64,000 nt of DNA from a bacterium (GTDB lineage: Bacteria > Patescibacteriota > Minisyncoccia > Phycocordibacterales > Phycocordibacteraceae), in the NCBI GenBank assembly GCA_021784815.1, contig JAJYHK010000019.1, forward strand, positions 48,726-112,725, written 5' to 3'. How positions within the stretch are numbered: the first letter of the stretch is position 1; the number at the start of each line of letters is the position of its first letter. Under the pieces are notes generated by a model that was not told where the DNA came from, searched no databases, and worked only from the letters and a program-made list of their open reading frames with translations. The position numbers were made by a program, and so were the translations under genes. Of this stretch, positions 53,173-62,365 are shown piece after piece.

Positions 53173-54150
53173 CTAAACGAAGGCAGGGACGTACCGTATC
53201 GGAGCGTGCACCGTTGGCGGCCGTGCGTCGAGTGCCATGCCTGCGCAGAGGACGGAGAGGATGACGAGCGAGAAAAGGAAGACGCGCTTCGCCCATGTGG
53301 CGTCATCAGTCCCGCGGAAACCGCGCAGCGAAAGCGCGATCCATCCGATGCCCAGGACGATTGCCGTGAGGCCGTATGCTATGCCGGTATAGCCGAAGGG
53401 CCAAAGCAGCACGGAGACGATCGCAAAAGCGGAGACGTACAGCACTATCTGTTCTTTTGTCTTGCGCACGCTTTTAACAATGGGCCAGACAGGAATCTTC
53501 GCAGCCGCATAGTCGTCGCGGCGGAAAAGCGCGATCGCGAAGAAATGCGGCATCTGCCAGAGGCAGAGCATAACAAAGAGAATGAGCGCCGCGAGATCAA
53601 ATCGCCCGGTGACGGCGCAGTAGCCGACAACGGGCGGCATCGCGCCGGCAATGCTGCCGAGGTGAGTCGCGTAGGGAGTGCGTCGTTTGGAAAGGAGCGT
53701 ATAGAGGATGACATACGTAAAGAGGCCGAAGAGCGCCATCGTAGTCGCAAGGGGCGTTGTGCCGCGCGCAAGGATGAGGGTGCCGGCGAGGCCAAGGAAT
53801 GTAGCGTAGACGAGCGACGCGCGCGGCGCGATCGCGCCGCGCGGCAGCGGCCGCTCCTGCGTGCGCAGCATGAGACGATCGATGTCCCGATCGAGGTAAT
53901 TGTTAAAGACGCATCCGCTCGCAACTACGAGAGAGAGACCCGCAAGCATCGCCGCAAGCGTTGGGAGCATGAGCGCGCCGTGCGAGGCGAGGAAGAATCC
54001 GCCGAGCGCGGAGATGGCGTTCCCGTAGACGATGCCGGGCTTCGCGAGCTCGTAGTAGGCGCGGAGAGTAGAAACAGCGGTAGAGTGCGAGAACGCGCTC
54101 GGCGGGGTACCGGGGACGGGCTTCGATTGCGCAAATGAGCGGCTTTGCAT
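53173..54150 (-). CDS. cyoE: Protoheme IX farnesyltransferase (heme O synthase)
   Basis: ELAKPGI, NNYLDRDIDRLMLRTQERPL, GAMPPVVGY, WQMPHFFAI. Confidence 0.96.
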   Translation of the reverse strand: MQSRSFAQSKPVPGTPPSAFSHSTAVSTLRAYYELAKPGIVYGNAISALGGFFLASHGALMLPTLAAMLAGLSLVVASGCVFNNYLDRDIDRLMLRTQERPLPRGAIAPRASLVYATFLGLAGTLILARGTTPLATTMALFGLFTYVILYTLLSKRRTPYATHLGSIAGAMPPVVGYCAVTGRFDLAALILFVMLCLWQMPHFFAIALFRRDDYAAAKIPVWPIVKSVRKTKEQIVLYVSAFAIVSVLLWPFGYTGIAYGLTAIVLGIGWIALSLRGFRGTDDATWAKRVFLFSLVILSVLCAGMALDARPPTVHAPIRYVPAFV

Positions 54151-54152
54151 AC

Positions 54153-54503
54153 CTACATCGAATCCTGACTCTGGGTGTACTGGAGCATGCGAGTCGGAGT
54201 CGGCATCATGCGCGCATTGAGGTTGTACATGATCCAGAGCGAACCGACGACCACGATACCCACGATGACGAGGGTGAGCGCGAGTGCGAGCTGGTTGAGT
54301 TTGTTGCCGCGCTCGCCAAGATGGAGGAACAGCGCAAGCTGGATGAAAAGCTGCACGAGCGCAAGCGCCACGAGTGCCGCAAGGCCGGTGCCGTGGGCTA
54401 CCGGGTGCGCCGCGACGAGCCAGTACGCGGCAAGGGTGCAGACGAGCGAACCGAGGAATCCGAGCACATAGCGCCCCGGGGATGTCTCAGAGGAAGCATT
54501 CAT
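54153..54503 (-). CDS. cyoD: Cytochrome bo3 ubiquinol oxidase subunit IV
   Basis: YVLGFLGS, QLFIQLALFLHL, VVGSLWIMYNLN. Confidence 0.93.
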   Translation of the reverse strand: MNASSETSPGRYVLGFLGSLVCTLAAYWLVAAHPVAHGTGLAALVALALVQLFIQLALFLHLGERGNKLNQLALALTLVIVGIVVVGSLWIMYNLNARMMPTPTRMLQYTQSQDSM

Positions 54504-55096
54504 ATGAAGGGGAAGAGGTACACGATAGTGAAGATGAGTACCCAGATGATATCGAGGAAGTGCCAGAAAAGGGCGAGCAGGGTAAGCCGGCGCACGTTGG
54601 TATCCGAGAGGCCGCGGAACGCGACCTGTACAAGGAGTACCAGCATCCAGAGCGAGCCGAGCGCCACGTGGAGTCCGTGCGTGCCGACGAGCGTGAAGTA
54701 GGCGGAGAGGAATCCGCTCCTCGAGGGGCCGTTGCCTGCCGCGACAAGGCCAGCGAACTCGTGGATTTCGAGCCCGAGGAAAGAGAGACTGAGTAGGAGC
54801 GTCACCGCAAACCAGGCGATCGTTTCGCGCGCGCGATCACGGCGTGCCGCGAGGATGCCTAGGCCCGCGGTAAAGGAGCTGGTGAGCAGGATAAGTGTCT
54901 CGGCAAGCACGTAGGGGAGGCTGAAGAGACTGCGCGCGTCTGGACCGCCGAAGGTGTTCGTGTGCAGTACCGCATATGTCGCGAACAGGCTTGCGAAAAT
55001 GAGGCAATCGCTCATCAGGTACAACCAGAAGCCGAACACGGTTACGTCTTGCGTGGCGTATGCTTCGTGCGTGAGGGCGAGGGAGCGGTCGGTCAT
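54500..55096 (-). CDS. cyoC: Cytochrome bo3 ubiquinol oxidase subunit III
   Basis: FGFWLYLMSDCLIFASLFATY, FTLVGTHGLHV, FWHFLDIIW. Confidence 0.96.
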   Translation of the reverse strand: MTDRSLALTHEAYATQDVTVFGFWLYLMSDCLIFASLFATYAVLHTNTFGGPDARSLFSLPYVLAETLILLTSSFTAGLGILAARRDRARETIAWFAVTLLLSLSFLGLEIHEFAGLVAAGNGPSRSGFLSAYFTLVGTHGLHVALGSLWMLVLLVQVAFRGLSDTNVRRLTLLALFWHFLDIIWVLIFTIVYLFPFI

Positions 55097-55099
55097 AGG

Positions 55100-57052
55100 T
55101 CAGGCAGAATGCGCCGCATCGAGAGCGGCTACGCGCGCGGCGGGAATGACGTACTCTGTGTCTTCCATAAGCGAACGCATGACAAGAAAGACGAGGAACG
55201 CGAGGGCAGCAAGTGCCGCAAGCCACCAGATGTGCCAGATCACGGCAAACCCGAAGAAGAACGCGGTGCCCGCGAGGTAGATGCCCATTGGAGTGTTTTT
55301 CGGCAGCACGATATCTTCGTACGCTCCGGGGGCGAGGCTCTCGCCGGTGCGCTTTGCCTCCCAGTAAGCGTCGCGGCTTGAGATTTTCGGCGTCTTGGCG
55401 AAGTTGTAGAACGGTGCGGGCGAAGGAACCGACCACTCGAGCGTGCGGCCGTTCCAGGGGTCCGCGGCGTCCGCAGTGGTGCGCGCGCGATCTCGAATGC
55501 TCACGAAGATTTGCATGAGCTGGCTTACGAACCCAAGTACGATGATGCAGACGCCGATCCCGGCCATGATGAAGAGCGGCTGCCAGCCGAGCCCTGCCGG
55601 ATAGTGGTCGAGCCGGCGCGTCGCACCCATGAGCCCGAGTACATAGAGGGGAATGAAGGCGACCATGAATCCAACCGTCCAGCCCCAAAACGCGCGCGCA
55701 CCCCATTTTTCATCCAACCGGAAGCCGAAGATTTTCGGCATCCAGTACGTGATCGCCGCGAAATCGCCGAAGAGCACGCCACTCACGATCATGGTGTGGA
55801 AGTGGGCGACAAGGAAGAGCGAGTTGTGGAGCTCGAAGTCCGCAGGCGGCACGGCCATAAGGACGCCTGCCATGCCGCCGATGGTGAAGAGCGCAACGAA
55901 GCCGAGGAACCAGAGCATCGGCGTGGTGAAGAGTATGCGGCCGCGATACATGGTAAAAATCCAGTTGAAAATCTTCACCCCCGTAGGAATCGCGATGATC
56001 ATGGTCATGATACCGAAGAACGCGTTCACGTCAGCACCGGCGCCCATGGTGAAGAAATGGTGCAGCCAGACGATAAACGAGAAGACGGTGATCGCCATGG
56101 TTGCGAGCACCATCGAGGGGTAGCCAAAGAGCCGCTTCTGCGAAAAAACCGCCACGACCTCGGAAAACACGCCGAAGGCAGGCAGGACGAGGACGTATAC
56201 CTCGGGGTGGCCCCAGGTCCAGATGAGGTTCACATACATCATCATGTTGCCTCCGCCGCCCGCGGTGAAAAAGTGCATGCCGAGGTATCGGTCGAGCGTG
56301 AGCATGCCGAGGGTCGCGGTGAGGACGGGGAAGGCGAAGACGACGAGGAGCATGCTTCCGAGGACCGTCCAGACAAAAATCGGCATGCGCATGAGCGTCA
56401 TCCCCGGGCAGCGCTTCTTGAAGATGGTGGTGATAAAGTTTATGCCCGAAAGGAGGGAACCAATGCCGGCGATTTGTACGGCCCAGATGTAGTAATCAAC
56501 GCCGACGCCCGGGCTATAGCGGAGCTCGGAGAGCGGCGGGTAGGCGAGCCAGCCGGCAGTCGAGAACTCGCCCACGACGAGCGAGAGCATCATGAGCGCC
56601 GCACCGGACACGAAGAGCCAGAAGGAGAGGGAGTTGAGGAAGGGGAAGGCGACATCTCGGGCGCCGATCTGCAGCGGCAGGACAACGTTAATGAGGCCGA
56701 GCATGAGCGGCATGGCCACGAAGAAGATCATAATGACGCCGTGGCCCGTAAACACCTGCTGGAAATGCTGGGGCGGCAGGTAGCCCCCGCCGCCGGCCGC
56801 GAGCGCCTGCTGGAGCCGCATCATAATAGCATCGATGCCGCCCCGTACGAGCATGACGAGTGCCACGACGATGTACATGACCCCGATCTTCTTCGCGTCG
56901 AGCGAGGTGAGCCACTCATTCCAGAGCCAGCTCCATTTCCTAAAGTAGGTGAGGGCGCCGAGCACAGCGAGGGTGCCGATGACGATGAAGATCTGCGCCC
57001 CAAGCACGATGGGTCCCTGTTCGACAGCGGCGATGGTGAGGCGGCCAAACAT
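55100..57052 (-). CDS. cyoB: Cytochrome bo3 ubiquinol oxidase subunit I
   Basis: [39 protein letters not shown]. Confidence 0.98.
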   Translation of the reverse strand: MFGRLTIAAVEQGPIVLGAQIFIVIGTLAVLGALTYFRKWSWLWNEWLTSLDAKKIGVMYIVVALVMLVRGGIDAIMMRLQQALAAGGGGYLPPQHFQQVFTGHGVIMIFFVAMPLMLGLINVVLPLQIGARDVAFPFLNSLSFWLFVSGAALMMLSLVVGEFSTAGWLAYPPLSELRYSPGVGVDYYIWAVQIAGIGSLLSGINFITTIFKKRCPGMTLMRMPIFVWTVLGSMLLVVFAFPVLTATLGMLTLDRYLGMHFFTAGGGGNMMMYVNLIWTWGHPEVYVLVLPAFGVFSEVVAVFSQKRLFGYPSMVLATMAITVFSFIVWLHHFFTMGAGADVNAFFGIMTMIIAIPTGVKIFNWIFTMYRGRILFTTPMLWFLGFVALFTIGGMAGVLMAVPPADFELHNSLFLVAHFHTMIVSGVLFGDFAAITYWMPKIFGFRLDEKWGARAFWGWTVGFMVAFIPLYVLGLMGATRRLDHYPAGLGWQPLFIMAGIGVCIIVLGFVSQLMQIFVSIRDRARTTADAADPWNGRTLEWSVPSPAPFYNFAKTPKISSRDAYWEAKRTGESLAPGAYEDIVLPKNTPMGIYLAGTAFFFGFAVIWHIWWLAALAALAFLVFLVMRSLMEDTEYVIPAARVAALDAAHSA

Positions 57053-57055
57053 ACG

Positions 57056-57949
57056 CTACGGGCGCATCGGCATTACGGGCGCGCCGCTTGCAGGCGGAGT
57101 CATAAACCGCATGACGATTTCAGCATATAAACGCGAGTTGGTCACGCGGAAAACGGTGGCGGGGTTGTGCACGCTCGGCTGCGCAAGCTGCGTGTATGCC
57201 GCAAAGGAAAGCGTGTTCGGCGAACGTTGTGCTTGCGAGACCCATGCGGCAAAGTCGTTTGTGGTCATTGAGCGGACAGGGAAGTGCATGCTCGAAAACC
57301 CCGCTCCGCTTAGGTTCGACGAGAATCCTTCGTACGTGCCGGTTGCATCAGCCATGAGGTGTAGCTGGGTGATCATACCCGGCATAGTCATTTCCTGACC
57401 GCCGAGCTGCGGAATCCAGAAGGCGTTCATGGGCGCATCGCTCGTGAGCTTGAAGGCGATCGGCGTCTGCTCCGGGATCGCGAGATAGTTCATCGTCGCG
57501 ATGCCTTGCGCGGGGTATATGAAAAGCCATTTCCAATCGAGCGACACGACCTCGACGGTAAGCGGCGACATAGGTGAATCAATAGGTCGGAAGGGGTCGA
57601 GCGCGTGTGCGCTCTGCCACGCGACGACTGCAAGCGCGGCGACCACGATCATGGGTACCGCCCACCAGATACCCTCCTCGATGCGGTTGTGTTCCCAGCT
57701 CGGGCGGTACTGTGCCCGCGTATTGCTTGCTCGGTAGTGCCAGGCGATACCGAAGGTGAGCGCAAAAACCGGCACCACCACGATAAGCATAAGGAGCGCC
57801 GCCTTGATCATGAGCGCCTGTTCGCGCTTCGCGATAACGCCTTGCGGATCGAGCAGGCCGACGGCATGCCCATGGGTAAGGGAAAGGGCAATAGCGGTGA
57901 TAGCTGCCGCTAGGATGAGCACGGAAGGGAAGACGTACTTTGGATTCAC
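57056..57949 (-). CDS. cyoA: Cytochrome bo3 ubiquinol oxidase subunit II
   Basis: LDPQGVIA, DWKWLFIYP, MNAFWIPQLGGQ, SGAGFSSM; no CuA motif; GTG start inferred. Confidence 0.95.
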   Translation of the reverse strand: MNPKYVFPSVLILAAAITAIALSLTHGHAVGLLDPQGVIAKREQALMIKAALLMLIVVVPVFALTFGIAWHYRASNTRAQYRPSWEHNRIEEGIWWAVPMIVVAALAVVAWQSAHALDPFRPIDSPMSPLTVEVVSLDWKWLFIYPAQGIATMNYLAIPEQTPIAFKLTSDAPMNAFWIPQLGGQEMTMPGMITQLHLMADATGTYEGFSSNLSGAGFSSMHFPVRSMTTNDFAAWVSQAQRSPNTLSFAAYTQLAQPSVHNPATVFRVTNSRLYAEIVMRFMTPPASGAPVMPMRP

Positions 57950-58047
57950 GCTTCGCTCATTATCAGTCGCGCGGAGCAAAATGCAATGAATCGCTGAGAG
58001 ATACGGGGGAAAAGGAGGGGGGTGGACATCCACGGATGTCCACCCTT

Positions 58048-58290
58048 TTAGTCGCGGAAAGGCTTGTATTTAGATTCTAGTTCGTCCCGAATCCATTGGG
58101 GGCCAGAATGGTAATTGTGGCGGTAGATGTCGATCTCGTTGTGCAGCTGGTCGGTGGCTTGTTCGTGGGGTCTGGGCCTATCGTCCACGCGGACCAATGC
58201 ACTTAGAATGCAGACAACGAGGACGAGCTCAATTACGCCGTACCAAATAAGGCCATCTACGAGCAGGTTCCACAGAGCAGCACCGGTCAT
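58048..58290 (-). CDS. Small membrane protein
   Basis: AAGGAG upstream of ATG 58290; hydrophobic N-terminal half. Confidence 0.5.
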   Translation of the reverse strand: MTGAALWNLLVDGLIWYGVIELVLVVCILSALVRVDDRPRPHEQATDQLHNEIDIYRHNYHSGPQWIRDELESKYKPFRD

Positions 58291-58370
58291 CGCACAGCTC
58301 TCCTTGGAAAGTTCGGAAGCCTCGGAAGTTTCGAACACGCAAGCATGCTACCCTGAATAAGTATACACCC

Positions 58371-58949
58371 ATGAACAATGCACGTCTCTTGTTTTTCGCC
58401 GCAGCCTCGCTTTCACTCTATGTTCCGATCAGTCGCGGCCGGCCAAAGCGCTTGTGCGGTATGCCGATAGATCGACGCATCCCGTTTTTGCCGATATTCG
58501 TCATTCCCTATCTCTCGCTGTTTTTCTTTCTCCCAGCCGCGATCATCCTTCTCTACCCGACGCCCTTTGCGGGGTCGTTTCTTGTCGCGCTCGGCATTGT
58601 CGGCCTGCTCTATGCCACAATGAGTCCTTTCGTGGGGTGCGGTGCTCGACGCGCGGACGCGCACGGGCCGGGGATATTGCGGGCTCTCGTGCGGTTTGTA
58701 TACCGGATCGACGGAGAGTACAACAACGACGTCTTTCCGAGTACTCACGTGTACGTTTCGACCATTTGCGGATACTATCTCGCGCGCGCATACCCGCCGT
58801 ACGCGCTCCTGTCTTGGGCCGCTGCGGTCTGCATTGCCGCCTCGACGGTGTTCATCAAGCAGCATAATCTCATGGATATCGCGGGCGGGCTCGTCTGGGC
58901 AGCGACAGCGATTCTCGTCGCACAGAGCGTGCTCTCGCTCCTTGTCTAG
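58371..58949 (+). CDS. PAP2-superfamily (IPC-synthase-like) membrane phosphatase/transferase
   Basis: IDRRIPF, FPSTHV, STVFIKQHNLMDIAGG. Confidence 0.85.
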   Translation: MNNARLLFFAAASLSLYVPISRGRPKRLCGMPIDRRIPFLPIFVIPYLSLFFFLPAAIILLYPTPFAGSFLVALGIVGLLYATMSPFVGCGARRADAHGPGILRALVRFVYRIDGEYNNDVFPSTHVYVSTICGYYLARAYPPYALLSWAAAVCIAASTVFIKQHNLMDIAGGLVWAATAILVAQSVLSLLV

Positions 58950-59122
58950 AACTCATTTCAATGATAATGGCGACGAAAACGGCAAAAATCCGTCGGGAGG
59001 CTCAATGAGGCCTGAGGTACGGGGAAACGGACGAAGCCGAGCCGCAGCAGGATTTTTGCCGTTTTCGTCGCCAAACTGCGAGTTCTTTCATAAAAAGTGG
59101 TTATTATTGAAATGAGTTCTAG
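58946..59122. mobile_element. MITE-like palindromic element
   Basis: Terminal IR ctagaactcatttcaat/attgaaatgagttctag (21 of 22 when extended); inner perfect 24-bp IR at 58968-58991/59050-59073. Confidence 0.75.
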
Positions 59123-59167
59123 GGTAAGTAGCAAATCATCCAGAAATACGCTACAAATAGGGAACCA

Positions 59168-59240
59168 GGGCCCTTAGCTCATCTGGTAGAGCGCATCCAT
59201 GGCATGGATGAGGTGAGGAGTTCGAGTCTCCTAGGGTCCA
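59168..59240 (+). tRNA. tRNA-Ala(GGC)
   Basis: Acceptor gggccct/agggtcc with G3-U70, anticodon arm catcc-atGGCat-ggatg, TTCGA; CCA not encoded. Confidence 0.95.
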
Positions 59241-59650
59241 CTCTAGTAGACAAGGGAGACAAAATTGCCTCTTTTGCCTTGAAAATAAAGGATATTTCCG
59301 GAGTTCCAAATTTTTCTCCATCGAAGGTCAAACCTGAGGGGAATTGGAACCACTGAAGCTGTGTTTGCGTTTTAATCCCTACCTTTTTCCACGTGTCGCT
59401 CGGGCACTGAAGATACTCTGTGGAGAATGCCACCGCCTCGTCAGGAGAACCGACGGAGCGATTGAGTAGGGCAAGCGTAGAGCATGCCTCGACCTCTGCC
59501 TTCTCGGTGATTGCGAGCTGCTCTTGCAGTACAGCATCGCTAATAACGCCCTTTAGGTTTTTCTGCACGAGCGCGGTGCGTCGCTCAGCCAGTTCGCTCA
59601 CTTGCGCTTCTAGCTTCGTAATCTTTTGCCGCTCCTTTGCCGTTACTTCT
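59241..59650 (-). pseudogene. C-terminal remnant of a site-specific (large serine-type) recombinase abutting tRNA-Ala
   Basis: Coiled coil followed by TWKK...LQWFQFPSGLTFDGEKFGT, with the frame running into the tRNA antisense; no catalytic N-terminal domain. Confidence 0.55.
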
Positions 59651-59700
59651 CCGAATTGGAGCGAAAAGGGCAGAACGCGCTCTCGCAGTTGCGCATGTAA

Positions 59701-59732
59701 GCACAGCCCTCGCCTCGCGGCGGGGGCTGTGC
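59701..59732 (-). terminator. Hairpin downstream of the minus-strand tRNA cluster
   Basis: gcacagccctcgcc-tcgc-ggcgggggctgtgc. Confidence 0.55.
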
Positions 59733-59750
59733 GAGCATTCTTTTCGCGTG

Positions 59751-59821
59751 TCGGGCCGCCGGGAATTGAACCCGGTCTACACGCACCCGAAGCGTGCGTA
59801 CTACCGTCATACTCCGGCCCG
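59751..59821 (-). tRNA. tRNA-Pro(CGG)
   Basis: Acceptor cgggccg/cggcccg; cacgc-ttCGGgt-gcgtg; GTTCAA. Confidence 0.93.
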
Positions 59822-59822
59822 G

Positions 59823-59896
59823 TGCGCTCTATAGGATTCGAACCTATGACCTTACGCGTGTGAAGCGTACGCTCTAACCAACTGAGCTAAGAGCGC
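59823..59896 (-). tRNA. tRNA-Val(CAC)
   Basis: gcgctct/agagcgc; tacgc-ttCACac-gcgta; GTTCGAATC. Confidence 0.95.
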
Positions 59897-59980
59897 GAAC
59901 ACCCCCACGATACCAAATATGGGCTGAAAACGCACTCCCACCGAACAAAAGCCCGCACAAGGCAGACATTTGTTCGGTAG

Positions 59981-60051
59981 TCGGGCCGCCGGGAATTGAA
60001 CCCGGTCTACATCCACCCCATGGACGCGTACTACCGGTATACTACGGCCCG
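59981..60051 (-). tRNA. tRNA-Pro(GGG)
   Basis: cgggccg/cggcccg; cgtcc-atGGGgt-ggatg; GTTCAA. Confidence 0.93.
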
Positions 60052-60193
60052 AATGCAGAAAGGGTAACACACGGCGTACTGTGTGCTACTCGAACGGAGT
60101 GGCGGACCGTACCGATACGGCTCGAATCGCCCCAAGATTGCACGTCCTTACTATACTGCACCGGCTGATTCTGTGCTAAAATCGCCGTTACGA

Positions 60194-60266
60194 GGGCCCA
60201 TAGCTCAGTTGGTAGAGCGCGTCATTCGCATTGACGAGGTCAGGAGTTCGACTCTCCTTGGGTCCA
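60194..60266 (+). tRNA. tRNA-Ala(CGC)
   Basis: gggccca/tgggtcc; cgtca-ttCGCat-tgacg; GTTCGA. Confidence 0.95.
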
Positions 60267-60303
60267 CTGGAAGCAGTGAAGCGCTTCCCAAGCGCCATAG
60301 GCT

Positions 60304-60639
60304 ATGACAACTCGGAAATTCCAGCGTACCAAAGAAGACTTCGCTTGCGAACAGTGCGGGTCCTTTGTGCGCGGGAGCGGCTACACGAACCACTGTCCGC
60401 AGTGTTTGTGGAGCAAGCATGTTGATGTGAATCCCGGCGATCGTCAGGCGGCATGTCGGGGACTCATGGAACCGATGAGCGTTGAGTATAAGAGCGGAGA
60501 GTACATCATGCTCCATCGCTGCGTCTCGTGCGGCGTTGAGAAACGGAACAGGGCGGCGCAGAATGATGGATTCGACGCGATGCTTAAACTCTCATGCCGC
60601 GCGGCCAAGCGAGCAGGCGTTTCGCTTAAGGCGGGTTAG
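60304..60639 (+). CDS. RNHCP-domain zinc-binding protein
   Basis: FACEQCG, YTNHCPQCLWSKHVD..PGDR, HRCVSCG. Confidence 0.92.
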   Translation: MTTRKFQRTKEDFACEQCGSFVRGSGYTNHCPQCLWSKHVDVNPGDRQAACRGLMEPMSVEYKSGEYIMLHRCVSCGVEKRNRAAQNDGFDAMLKLSCRAAKRAGVSLKAG

Positions 60640-60667
60640 CTGCTTACCACCTAACTTTCTGCCCTGT

Positions 60668-60790
60668 ATACTCGGGCACGTATCGGTTCCGGTAACGGAC
60701 GGTGAGAGGGCGAAGACGTTTTATACGGCCACGCTTGGACCATTAGGATACGTGCTACAGCGCGACTACTCGCCGGCTTTTTATCAGATG
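60668..60790 (+). pseudogene. N-terminal fragment of a VOC/glyoxalase-family gene
   Basis: ILGHVSVPVTDGERAKTFYTATLGPLGY matches the family N-terminus; ATA sits where ATG is expected; truncated. Confidence 0.55.
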
Positions 60791-61021
60791 TTAATTACCT
60801 GCGTAAGTGTTGCTTGGAAGATTCGGGGACAGCGGACTGCGTCGCAGCCACATACTAACGAGGTACACTCCGGGCACGGCGAATACGACGCTTACGACCG
60901 CGATATAGTGGAGAAAAAAGTCGTGGAGATAGACGCCCAGAAGAATGCCAAGCGCAATCATGGAGAGCTTGAGCAAAGCGTACTGCCACCAGCGCAGGGT
61001 GAGGGGAGCAAAGAGTCTCAT
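60791..61021 (-). CDS. Small two-TM membrane protein
   Basis: LRWWQYALLKLSMIALGILLG; TATGCT upstream. Confidence 0.7.
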   Translation of the reverse strand: MRLFAPLTLRWWQYALLKLSMIALGILLGVYLHDFFLHYIAVVSVVFAVPGVYLVSMWLRRSPLSPNLPSNTYAGN

Positions 61022-61084
61022 ATGCGATTCAGCATACCACCGTCACTGCCGGTTTTGACGCCGCTATGCACGGCGCTATTGCGC

Positions 61085-61561
61085 TCATTGACGGTGCAAG
61101 AAGTGTACGCGCCGGTGTCGGAGCCGGGCACGCTGCGCCTGGTACTGCGCGCGCAAGCGCCGTTCGAGGACGGCCGCTTTTTGAGAGGCGCGCCAACCGA
61201 GCGCGCTCAGTCCGACGTTGAGCAGGAACACGCTCATGAACACCGGAATGAAATCAATCGCCGCGATGCGCGGTGCGACGATAAAGAAGGCCGGGAGGAA
61301 GCTCGCCATGCCGACGACGACATCGAGCACGCGGTTGACAGGCGTCTCTTGGATCTTTGCGAGCGCCTCCCACATCTCGTAGGCCACGAGCGCAATAATG
61401 GTGGTTACGGTGGCGGAGAGGGCGCCAAACCGGAGAAAGTAGAGGCCTAAGCCAATGGATGCCCCCGAGAGGAGATGCACCGCGCTCCAGAGGTCAAACC
61501 ACTCGCCTTCGCGCCAGATATCCGTGCGCTTGAAGATGAAAGGGTTCCTGCGCTTGAGCAT
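61085..61561 (-). CDS. Membrane protein (DxW..H...WE...E...N...D pattern)
   Basis: FDLWSAVHLLSG, YEMWE, ETPVNRVLDVVVG. Confidence 0.75.
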   Translation of the reverse strand: MLKRRNPFIFKRTDIWREGEWFDLWSAVHLLSGASIGLGLYFLRFGALSATVTTIIALVAYEMWEALAKIQETPVNRVLDVVVGMASFLPAFFIVAPRIAAIDFIPVFMSVFLLNVGLSALGWRASQKAAVLERRLRAQYQAQRARLRHRRVHFLHRQ

Positions 61562-61723
61562 GATGACCTTTAATATACGGCAAGGAGGGGTGTGTTTCCA
61601 TCCTTTTTCTGACGCCTTCATCTATTATTTAGGAGGGAAGGGGAACTATGGTGCCAGTTTGTTGGTTTATCATCTACAAGTAAGTAAAGTAAGTACGTAC
61701 GTGCGTACAGAACCACTAACCTC

Positions 61724-62356
61724 ATGCATATGACTCGCCAACGATATGTACTTCTTTCGGTCGCGGCCGCGCTCGCGGTCGCGGGTGTCACCGTAGCGCA
61801 AGTCGGATCGGCCCAAACGACCGGTCCGCTCTCGTGTACAACGAACACACCAACCGTGAGCGTCAATCAGACCGCGGTTTTTACCGCTACAGGAGGAAAC
61901 GGCGCGTATACCTGGTCGGGCGACAACCTCAATGTGTCTAACCCGGTAGGCGCTCAATTTTCCGCAAGCTATCCGGCTACGGGCACTTACATCATCCACG
62001 TCATGAGCGGCGGTCAACTCGCCGGATGTGCGCTTATAGTTGTATCGAACTCGGCCACGAGCACTGGACTCGTCTGCACGCCTGCGAATCAAACCGTTGC
62101 GCTCGGGAATACGGCGAGTGTTTCTGCTTCGGGCGGCACGGGAGCGTATACCTGGTCGGCGCCCGGGCTCACTATCAATAACCCGTATGGCACGGGTTTC
62201 AATGCGAACTTTGCGACGGCGGGAGTGAAGACGATCAATGTCACCAGCGGAAATGCGACCGCATCCTGCGTCGTCAACGTCGCGGCGGGCGGGGGAACGT
62301 CCGTGACGCCAGGTCTCCCAAATACCGGCGGAGGCTACGGTCGCTGGGGCTCGTAG
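61724..62356 (+). CDS. Secreted protein with two Ig/PKD-like repeats and a C-terminal LPNTG
   Basis: Signal peptide; two C...GG.GAYTWS...NP.G..F.A..AT.G...SG....C repeats; ends PGLPNTGGGYGRWGS*. Confidence 0.85.
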   Translation: MHMTRQRYVLLSVAAALAVAGVTVAQVGSAQTTGPLSCTTNTPTVSVNQTAVFTATGGNGAYTWSGDNLNVSNPVGAQFSASYPATGTYIIHVMSGGQLAGCALIVVSNSATSTGLVCTPANQTVALGNTASVSASGGTGAYTWSAPGLTINNPYGTGFNANFATAGVKTINVTSGNATASCVVNVAAGGGTSVTPGLPNTGGGYGRWGS

Positions 62357-62365
62357 CGCGCAATC

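Noticed and set aside
55511-57130. 539-aa plus-strand ORF and other long antisense ORFs (e.g. 5705-6886, 33996-35198, 46673-47761, 53098-54138)
   Set aside because: These are shadow frames opposite clearly recognisable genes. They are expected at high GC and carry no motifs.
59751-60011. Identical 31-nt repeat at 59751 and 59981 read as attL/attR
   Set aside because: Both copies are 3' halves of complete tRNA-Pro isoacceptors with different anticodons, with no cargo between them.
60482-61450. 322-aa plus-strand ORF
   Set aside because: It is a chance read-through that joins the VOC stub to the antisense of two real minus-strand membrane genes.
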